Virus record (IMG/VR): IMGVR_UViG_2602041644_000005
Origin: a virus
Taxonomy: Duplodnaviria; Heunggongvirae; Uroviricota; Caudoviricetes
Length of the DNA: 5,171 nt
Direction: 5' to 3' (one strand)
Shown one piece after another: positions 1-4,917 of this stretch. The notes below the pieces were generated by a model. That model worked only from the letters and a program-made list of their open reading frames with translations. It searched no databases and was not told where the DNA came from. The position numbers were made by a program, and so were the translations under genes. Positions within the stretch are counted from its first letter, which is position 1, and every line of letters begins with the position of its first letter.

Positions 1-138
1 AATGGTTTCAATTGATGGCCAGCACACACCTTCGTCATTACTGAAATCAGCCAGGCGGGCCATAATTGCCACGCTGGATAATTTCATGCCTGATGCAGCG
101 CAACCATCCCATACATAGCCGGTTAATTTAGTGCTCAT
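1..138 (-). CDS. 5' end of a phage replication-initiator-like protein (winged-helix/HTH N-terminus); CDS continues past the window start
   Basis: Minus-strand ATG at 138-136 with AGAGG about 6 nt upstream; frame stays open to position 1. Hand translation: MSTKLTGYVWDGCAASGMKLSSVAIMARLADFSNDEGVCWPSIETI. This resembles N-terminal DNA-binding domains of phage O/DnaD-like replication proteins (from memory, not searched). It starts 10 nt after the stop of the 148-486 gene, and the expected position after cro/cII-like genes fits. Confidence 0.6.
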   Translation of the reverse strand, partial: MSTKLTGYVWDGCAASGMKLSSVAIMARLADFSNDEGVCWPSIETI

Positions 139-147
139 GACCGACCT

Positions 148-486
148 CTATTTCCCTGAATTTACGACGAAACTGTTCGAGCGGGCTGAAGCACTCATGC
201 TCATAGCCTTCGCGGAGGTAGATAACACGTTGTGTTTCCGGTTCCCAACGAATGACTCTGACGGGCACTCCGTAGTGATCTTTGAACCAGCGGTTAACTT
301 GTCGCAAAGGACTGTCTCCTTCTGCCGGTTGAAATCACCCACAGCCCACTCAGCAAAGCTGTGGGTTACAATTTCCCTGTCACCTGGTACATTCACTGCA
401 TAGCAATATTCCACCTTCGCTTTTCCACCCGGTACAGGAAGCGCAATCAGTTGCGAGCGACGGTAGTGTGTTGTTAAACTGTTCAT
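148..486 (-). CDS. hypothetical early-operon protein (112 aa)
   Basis: ORF from the six-frame track. Its start ATG (486-484) overlaps the upstream gene's stop as ATGA (483-486). GGAG lies about 9 nt upstream on the minus strand. Its TAG stop (150-148) sits inside the SD of the next gene starting at 138. This translational coupling supports the minus ORF over the overlapping plus ORF 131-403. No recognisable motif. Confidence 0.6.
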   Translation of the reverse strand: MNSLTTHYRRSQLIALPVPGGKAKVEYCYAVNVPGDREIVTHSFAEWAVGDFNRQKETVLCDKLTAGSKITTECPSESFVGNRKHNVLSTSAKAMSMSASARSNSFVVNSGK

Positions 487-1040
487 GCGTTAGTTTCTCC
501 ACAACCAGAAGCAATCGACGCCACGACGCCCGGAGCTGCACACTCGCGGGCGTCATTACTTTCTGAAACACAAAAGATTTTGTAGACCAGTGCTGCATGC
601 TCCTGCAGCTTCGAAATTGAGAGGTACAGCTCGTCGTTAATTGCTGTCTTCTCATGCGGTTCCACTACACCGTCTTCGATTGCTGAACGAATCTGTTTTG
701 AATAACTGCCGATCTGTTCAATGACTTCCAGCAGACGCTGGTTAATATCGGCGTTGTCCACATCCTCGACGTCAGGAAGAGACACAAATACGCCATTTGC
801 AGACTGCGCCACAGCATCAGCAATGAAGTGAGTGCCACCAGCACGCTGTAAAACCATTGCCCATCCCAGCGGGAAAATCTGATCGCCATCGGCACGAAGG
901 CGGTTAAATAATGCGTTCTCTGTTACGTCCAGCCAGTCAGCAGCTTCAGCGTAACCCCCCGGCAACGCTGCGATAGTTTTTCTGACAGCTTTCACGTACC
1001 ACTCAGGCTGTTTTTCTATTTTCCAGTGATGCTTACCCAC
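483..1040 (-). CDS. phage early regulatory protein, possibly CII/YdaT-like (about 185 aa from a GTG start; maximal ORF extends to 1151)
   Basis: The maximal ORF 483-1151 (222 aa) would overlap the cro-like gene by 83 nt. An in-frame GTG at 1040-1038 is preceded on the minus strand by AGGAG (plus 1047-1051) with a 6-nt spacer and lies 28 nt after the cro-like stop (1069-1071), so it is the preferred start. Alternative ATG starts at 1118 and 1115 lack an SD. Family call rests on gene order (cro then cII/YdaT-like then replication) and weak recollection. Confidence 0.6.
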   Translation of the reverse strand: MGKHHWKIEKQPEWYVKAVRKTIAALPGGYAEAADWLDVTENALFNRLRADGDQIFPLGWAMVLQRAGGTHFIADAVAQSANGVFVSLPDVEDVDNADINQRLLEVIEQIGSYSKQIRSAIEDGVVEPHEKTAINDELYLSISKLQEHAALVYKIFCVSESNDARECAAPGVVASIASGCGETNA

Positions 1041-1068
1041 GGTTAACTCCTCGTTTCTGTGGTTACGT

Positions 1069-1332
1069 TTACGCAGCTGAACCGCTAACTTTTGAATAGC
1101 ACTCAGGTAATCCATCATTTGGATTGGGGTAAATATCAGGACGCAGTTCATGAGGGGTCACGGACCAGTTTCCCAACTCACAAAGTTGTAAAACCCGTTC
1201 TGACGGGACTTGATTGTTAATTACCCAATTAGCGACGGATTGAGTGGACTTAAAACCAAAGTGACGGGCTACTTCAGATAAAGATTTTCCCGCAGCTTTT
1301 ACTGCTTTCTCTGTGTAGTTTTGAGATGACAT
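1069..1332 (-). CDS. Cro-like / YdaS-family HTH transcriptional regulator (87 aa)
   Basis: ATG at 1332-1330 with AGGAG 6 nt upstream on the minus strand (plus 1333-1345 reverse complement is agaggagaaaggt). It is divergent from the CI-like gene across an operator-bearing intergenic region. The protein carries an HTH-like segment (LSEVARHFGFKSTQSVANWV) and an ELRPD motif typical of prophage Cro/YdaS-type regulators. Confidence 0.8.
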   Translation of the reverse strand: MSSQNYTEKAVKAAGKSLSEVARHFGFKSTQSVANWVINNQVPSERVLQLCELGNWSVTPHELRPDIYPNPNDGLPECYSKVSGSAA

Positions 1333-1341
1333 ACCTTTCTC

Positions 1342-1356
1342 CTCTGAAATTCAGAG
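1342..1356. promoter_or_regulatory. 15-bp dyad CTCTGAA-A-TTCAGAG overlapping the cro-like RBS
   Basis: Two perfect 7-bp inverted arms around one central base, read directly. It sits 10-24 nt upstream of the cro-like ATG on the minus strand and overlaps its SD. Its sequence is unrelated to the CTACTT operator repeats. Confidence 0.45.
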
Positions 1357-1364
1357 GGATGATG

Positions 1365-1400
1365 CTACTTAAAATAGCAGAATGCAACTACTTAAAATAG
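1365..1400. promoter_or_regulatory. Two copies of a 13-bp operator-like repeat CTACTTAAAATAG (1365-1377 and 1388-1400), candidate OR sites with PRM/PR-like promoter hexamers
   Basis: Exact 13-bp direct repeat with a 23-bp period. Each copy is an imperfect dyad (CTA.TT.AA.TAG, one mismatch). Each contains TAAAAT (a -10-like hexamer) 5-7 nt upstream of an in-frame ATG of the CI ORF (1382 and 1403). On the minus strand TTGCAT (-35-like) faces the cro-like gene. Confidence 0.5.
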
Positions 1401-2143
1401 AAATGACTAGCGTATGTGATGCGAGTAACCTTCTACCTATGGTAGAAGAACAGAAGTATCCAGATTTCGCCAAGAGACTAAACGAGCTAATGACAAACAA
1501 GGGAATTTCTGTCACCCAACTCAAAAGTCTTGTGGGCGTTACATATGAAATGGCGCGGCGATACACAATCGGCGCTGCGAAGCCTCGTGCCTCTGTCATG
1601 AATAAACTTGCATTGGCTCTGGGGGTATCAGCTTCATATTTAGAATATGGTGTTGGCGAGAGAGAAGGATGTAAGGAAATGGCAAGCATCCCCAATCCAA
1701 CAAAACCCGATGTATACAGGATAGAAGTTTTGGATCTTAGCGTTAGCGCAGGACCTGGAACCTATATGCTTTCAGACTATGTTGATGTGCTCTACGCCAT
1801 TGAGTTCACAACAGAGCATGCCCGTTCTCTTTTCGGTAATCGTTCTCAAGATGATATTAAAGTTATGACTGTAAATGGCGACAGCATGTCCCCTACTCTA
1901 GTTTCCGGAGATCGACTGTTTGTCGACATTTCTGTTCGCAACTTCCAAACTGATGGTGTTTACTCTTTCGTTTATGGTAAGACGTTCCACGTTAAACGTC
2001 TACAAATGCAAGGCAACAAACTCGCCGTTCTTTCGGATAATCCAGCCTATGAGAAATGGTACATTGATGAGAAGTCCCAAGATCAACTTTATGTTATGGG
2101 CAAAGCATTGATACACGAATCAATTAAATACAACCGGCTTTAG
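1382..2143 (+). CDS. cI: CI-like phage repressor: N-terminal XRE-type HTH plus C-terminal S24 (LexA-like) self-cleaving peptidase domain
   Basis: HTH segment FAKRLNELMTNKGISVTQLKSLVGVTYEMARRY. The C-terminal domain carries the catalytic Ser motif VNGDSMSPTL and a downstream Lys (HVKRL), as in LexA/CI/UmuD. It is divergent from the cro-like gene. The start is uncertain among in-frame ATGs at 1382, 1403 and 1439; none has an SD, which fits a leaderless PRM-type transcript. The gene symbol is used functionally, not as an identity claim. Confidence 0.85.
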   Translation: MQLLKIEMTSVCDASNLLPMVEEQKYPDFAKRLNELMTNKGISVTQLKSLVGVTYEMARRYTIGAAKPRASVMNKLALALGVSASYLEYGVGEREGCKEMASIPNPTKPDVYRIEVLDLSVSAGPGTYMLSDYVDVLYAIEFTTEHARSLFGNRSQDDIKVMTVNGDSMSPTLVSGDRLFVDISVRNFQTDGVYSFVYGKTFHVKRLQMQGNKLAVLSDNPAYEKWYIDEKSQDQLYVMGKALIHESIKYNRL

Positions 2144-2170
2144 TTCTTCGTTTAGACTATAGAACTAAAG
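2138..2170 (+). other. 10-bp stem-loop (CTTTAGTTCT ... AGAACTAAAG) spanning the cI stop codon
   Basis: Perfect 10-bp inverted repeat with a 13-nt loop. It is followed by an A-run, not a T-run, so it is not a canonical intrinsic terminator. It could be an RNA-stability or processing hairpin, or mark the insertion boundary of the AT-rich segment. Confidence 0.3.
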
Positions 2171-2313
2171 GTGAAAAAATAATATTTATCAAGCAAGTGC
2201 TATTACTAATAGTTGTTTTACTCTCTTATTTTTATTAAACATTATCATTAACAATATAAAATAATCACCCAGCGTAAATTACAATATGCTGGGGGTCGAA
2301 AGGATAGAGAAAT

Positions 2314-3390
2314 ATGACAAAATCAATTTGTTTTTTTAATCATAAAGGTGGGGTAAGTAAAACCACAACAACCTTCAATCTTGGATGGGCACTTGCGGAT
2401 GAAGGCAAGAAAGTATTGATGGTTGACCTTGATTCGCAATGTAATCTAACAGGAATGGTTCTTGGCTATGAAAAGATTGATGAGGGTTTAGATTCTTTTT
2501 ATTCTAGCAGAGATAACTTAACTCTTGGACCTATTGTAGAATATTTGATTAATGGCGGACAACCTGAAGCATACCTTGAAAAAGAAACGGGAAAATTACA
2601 CCCTACACTGCATGAAAACCTTCTGCTTCTTCCCGGACATTTAGATGTTTCGGACTTAGATTCACAGATAAGTGTTTCTCTAAAAATTGCTGCTGGTATT
2701 CCTGCTACAAGAAATATACCAGGGAACCTGCCAAAAATATTACAGCTAATCGCCATGAAGAATAATATTGATTACATTCTTTATGATCTCAGCCCTAATG
2801 TTGGAGGTTTAAATGAAGTAGTTCTCATGTCAAGTGACTATTTTATCGTACCTGTAGCTCCAGACTTTTTTTGCTGGCAAGCAATTCGCTCTCTCTCAAA
2901 AAATATACCTCGCTGGCACAAAGAATTAGCATTATTTAAAGAAAATAATGATGGTAACTCTTCACAATCAATTAAAAATGCACCGCAGTTTCTAGGTATG
3001 ATTCAGCAGAGATACAGGCCGCGTAAAGGAGCACCTGTAAAATCTTTCGAAAAATGGATGGCAGCTATCCGTGATGCTGTTGATTCGATCTTAGTGCCAA
3101 ATCTAGAAAAAATTACCTGCATAATTCCACGAGATAAAGTGCAACATGCAATTAACAAAACAACAGTCAGTGGAGATTTATCAGCCTATGATCTTGCGCA
3201 TATTTCCGATTTCAACTCATTAATCGCAATAAGCCAACAACTAGCGACACCTGTTTTCTCCATCAGTGATCAGCAAATTCGCGATTCAGGGCAATTTGGG
3301 CATGCCTTAAATACAATGAAATCAAGCAGAGACGCCTTTAACGAACAATTTAAAGGGCTGGCTCAACGAGTTCTAGAACTTACAAAGTAA
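2314..3390 (+). CDS. ParA/MinD-family P-loop ATPase (deviant Walker A) with an uncharacterised C-terminal extension, 358 aa; orphan, no ParB partner
   Basis: N-terminus MTKSICFFNHKGGVSKTTTTFNLGWALADEGKKVLMVDLDSQCNLT matches the ParA/Soj/MinD deviant Walker A (KGGxxKT[TS]) and the following hhhhDxD motif. A mid-protein hydrophobic beta-strand plus Asp (YILYDLSPN) resembles ParA Walker B. AAGGA lies 9 nt upstream of the ATG. The gene is clearly more AT-rich than its neighbours (hand counts of 60-nt samples give roughly 28-45% GC against about 50% in the cro-side genes). The final about 150 aa are not recognisable. Confidence 0.85.
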   Translation: MTKSICFFNHKGGVSKTTTTFNLGWALADEGKKVLMVDLDSQCNLTGMVLGYEKIDEGLDSFYSSRDNLTLGPIVEYLINGGQPEAYLEKETGKLHPTLHENLLLLPGHLDVSDLDSQISVSLKIAAGIPATRNIPGNLPKILQLIAMKNNIDYILYDLSPNVGGLNEVVLMSSDYFIVPVAPDFFCWQAIRSLSKNIPRWHKELALFKENNDGNSSQSIKNAPQFLGMIQQRYRPRKGAPVKSFEKWMAAIRDAVDSILVPNLEKITCIIPRDKVQHAINKTTVSGDLSAYDLAHISDFNSLIAISQQLATPVFSISDQQIRDSGQFGHALNTMKSSRDAFNEQFKGLAQRVLELTK

Positions 3391-3397
3391 TGCATGT

Positions 3398-3420
3398 GCC
3401 CGGCCGCATAACCGGGCTTT
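3398..3420 (+). terminator. Intrinsic terminator after the ParA-like gene
   Basis: GC stem GCCCGG (3398-3403) pairs with CCGGGC (3412-3417) around an 8-nt loop, followed by TTTACTCTTCTTT. It lies 8 nt after the TAA stop at 3388-3390. Confidence 0.55.
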
Positions 3421-3575
3421 ACTCTTCTTTCTCCCTGATTAATCTCATAAAAAACTCCCTCCTCATAATTCACTATGCTCAATACCTACTCCAACTTCGT
3501 GCGATATTTTCAGTTTACAGCATAGTAAATCAGCAAAAACATTTAACTTTCAATTAATTATAGAAAAATCATAGA

Positions 3576-3633
3576 CAACAACAAATATCTACTTTTTGTT
3601 GTTGATTTTTGCTACTTTAAGTAGCAACATAAT
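3576..3633. promoter_or_regulatory. Candidate OL-type operator/promoter: perfect 19-bp dyad TTGCTACTT-T-AAGTAGCAA (3609-3627), an upstream CTACTT half-site (3589-3594), a flanking 10-bp inverted repeat (3576-3585 / 3595-3604) and CATAAT (3628-3633)
   Basis: The dyad core CTACTTTAAGTAG matches the cI-proximal repeats CTACTTAAAATAG at 11 of 13 positions. The two CTACTT half-sites here are 22 bp apart, against 23 bp at the cro/cI site. -35-like TTGCTA and -10-like CATAAT overlap the dyad. Everything is read directly from the sequence; function is inferred. Confidence 0.45.
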
Positions 3634-3736
3634 GTAAGCTATCACGGACAGGCAGGACGCCCACGAAGTAGCCGCCGGTGGCGTATGAATGACCGGATGA
3701 TTCGTTAGCAACAAAAAAGCGCCCTACCGGACGCTT

Positions 3737-3750
3737 CGCTCTTTAAAAAT
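3737..3750 (+). promoter_or_regulatory. boxA-like element CGCTCTTTAAAAAT (possible nut-site component)
   Basis: Near-identical to the boxA consensus (GCTCTTTAACAA in rrn; CGCTCTTAAAAATT in lambda nutL as I recall it). It sits about 110 nt downstream of the OL-like promoter on the plus strand. No convincing boxB hairpin follows, so this is tentative. Confidence 0.3.
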
Positions 3751-3853
3751 CAGTAACCCTCACTTTGGGCCTGGATCTGGTGGCCTGGGACGAGGTGGAA
3801 TATGAAAAGGCTCTATTGGTCGACTCATTATCCAATCCTATTATGTCTCATTT

Positions 3854-3880
3854 CTTCGGTTTCGGTGGTTTCGGCTTCGG
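3854..3880. repeat. Short hexamer repeat block CTTCGG-TTTCGG-TGG-TTTCGG-CTTCGG (mirror-symmetric)
   Basis: Read directly. It lies 23-50 nt beyond the stop of the minus-strand 164-aa gene, in its 3' flank. Confidence 0.5.
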
Positions 3881-3902
3881 AGGCACATGTCCGTGAACTG
3901 GA

Positions 3903-4397
3903 TTATGCTTGTTGGTCATCATTAATATCCGTTAGTTCATTCTCTAGAGGTAGATCTCCCGCACACCAAGCTATAAATTTTTCTTTGGTTGTTAAATCGT
4001 ACTTAGTTGGAACACCAGCAAAAATACAGGCCCGAATGAAAGCCGCTCGTTCAAGTGATTTCCATGGATTACTATCAGTATCTTGGATTTTTAAATACCT
4101 AGCTTGCAACTGATCTTCAGGAAGGGTATCAGACTCAATCAGCAGTCTTTTGTAATGCCTCGCTTGCTCTTTAGACATTCCAGCCTCTTGGCCAAACTGA
4201 TAGACCAACTGAAGAACCGAAAGTACGGCAACAAACAAACCGAAAATAAATAAATTACTGTACGGGGCGAAAACTGAAAAACCGAGAACGATTAACATCA
4301 ACGTTATTAATTTATCAATGCGAGTTAACAACGTGTAATTCATCTTCTCCAATACATAAGAGTAGTGAACATAAAATTTATAATCGTCTCTGGTCAT
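3903..4397 (-). CDS. Small inner-membrane protein (164 aa; two predicted N-terminal TM helices plus charged C-terminal domain); candidate SieB-like superinfection-exclusion or abortive-infection protein
   Basis: A 495-nt ORF in AT-rich DNA, where stop codons are frequent, so unlikely by chance. The hydrophobic hairpin LITLMLIVLGFSVFAPYSNLFIFGLFVAVLSVLQLVY is followed by a K/E/D-rich soluble region. It is oriented opposite to cI and convergent with the ParA-like gene. The start is ATG 4397, or ATG 4343 with GGAG 3 nt upstream. SieB-like is a guess from size, topology and genomic context only. Confidence 0.65.
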   Translation of the reverse strand: MTRDDYKFYVHYSYVLEKMNYTLLTRIDKLITLMLIVLGFSVFAPYSNLFIFGLFVAVLSVLQLVYQFGQEAGMSKEQARHYKRLLIESDTLPEDQLQARYLKIQDTDSNPWKSLERAAFIRACIFAGVPTKYDLTTKEKFIAWCAGDLPLENELTDINDDQQA

Positions 4398-4496
4398 ATT
4401 AGTCTCAGTTTTCCTTGGGTGGTTTTGGAGGAACTGGAGGCTTTTGTCTTAACGGCACATGCCTCTCCTCATACTTATCTACACATAGATCCATAT

Positions 4497-4553
4497 AAAT
4501 CCTTATCGTTGTTGGGGAGGGTTACATAATAACCAAATCCTTGTTGTTGGGGA
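4497..4553. repeat. Direct repeat AAATCCTT(ATC)GTTGTTGGGGA (4497-4518 and 4535-4553) flanking a small inverted repeat GGTTA-cataa-TAACC (4520-4534)
   Basis: Read directly. It lies in the non-coding region upstream (on the minus strand) of the 164-aa gene, near the right edge of the AT-rich segment. Confidence 0.5.
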
Positions 4554-4782
4554 ATAACCAGGTCCACCTCGCCTGATGTGGCTAAAAGCAGGCACATAAC
4601 AGCTAAGTATTTTCAACCAGAGAGAATCCTTAGCGTTGTGGTGAATGCGCAGGCTGATGCGCGAAAGACATTGCAGCTATTGCGGAAAAGAGCTGTTCGG
4701 CGGGGCAATTAAACGCCCGTGAGAGTCTGAAATAACCGCAAGCCGGAGATCAGCACCGGTCACCACAACAGCCACTGCTTTG

Positions 4783-4828
4783 GCGGTACCAGTTTGTACA
4801 CTTGCTTCCGGCTGGTACCGCTCTTTTT
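4783..4828 (+). terminator. Intrinsic terminator or attenuator (10-bp stem GCGGTACCAG / CTGGTACCGC, 19-nt loop, then TCTTTTT)
   Basis: Perfect 10-bp stem 4783-4792 pairs with 4812-4821, followed by a run of five T at 4824-4828. It is plus-oriented (the minus strand has no T-run after the stem). It lies about 140 nt upstream of the ATG at 4966. Confidence 0.55.
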
Positions 4829-4917
4829 ACAAAACAGAGAAGAGCATCACCGGACGACGGGCTCATAACCCAATCCATCCGGGCGGCTGCCACCGCAGGT
4901 GTTCTTCTCTGTTTTGT
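4829..4917 (+). other. Long-range inverted repeat forming a potential 20-bp RNA helix (4829-4848 with 4898-4917) that encloses about 49 nt, immediately upstream of the RBS of the 4966 gene
   Basis: ACAAAACAGAGAAGAGCATC pairs with GGTGTTCTTCTCTGTTTTGT; 17 of 17 core positions pair if one G-U is allowed, and the helix extends to 20 bp with a second wobble. A stem this long is unusual for a simple terminator and has the length RNase III recognises. Confidence 0.4.

Noticed and set aside
131-403. Plus-strand ORF (90 aa, GTG start)
   Set aside because: It is antisense to the 148-486 minus ORF, which has ATGA start/stop coupling and an SD. It has no SD and would interrupt the co-directional early operon.
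380-895. Minus-strand ORFs 380-655 and 665-895
   Set aside because: These are alternative frames nested inside or overlapping the 483-1151 gene and the 148-486 gene. They have no independent start signals and odd composition.
1369-2111. ORFs 1369-1695 (minus) and 1920-2111 (plus)
   Set aside because: They are antisense or out-of-frame ORFs within the CI-like repressor gene, whose HTH and S24 motifs identify the real frame.
2499-2756. Minus-strand ORF antisense to the ParA-like gene
   Set aside because: It lies inside a gene with clear Walker A and ParA motifs on the plus strand and has no start signals.
3419-3464. 9-codon minus-strand micro-ORF (MRLIREKEE) preceded by GAGGAGGGAG
   Set aside because: The strong SD-like string is the complement of a pyrimidine tract in the T-rich tail of the plus-strand terminator. 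The ORF is too short to support without conservation data.
3576-3610. Inverted repeat CAACAACAAA / TTTGTTGTTG plus ATTTTT as an intrinsic terminator
   Set aside because: The stem is AT-rich and weak, and a strong terminator already lies at 3398-3420. It also carries a CTACTT operator half-site in its loop, so it is more likely part of the operator/promoter architecture.
3751-3800. Search for a boxB hairpin after the boxA-like motif
   Set aside because: Only weak options exist (CCC/GGG with a 7-nt loop; GGCC...GGCC with a 10-nt loop). Nothing resembles the 5-bp stem and pentaloop of lambda or P22 boxB.
3843-3896. 17-codon plus ORF encoding an FG-repeat peptide (MSHFFGFGGFGFGGTCP)
   Set aside because: It has no SD and is generated entirely by the TTCGG repeat, so it is probably a repeat by-product.
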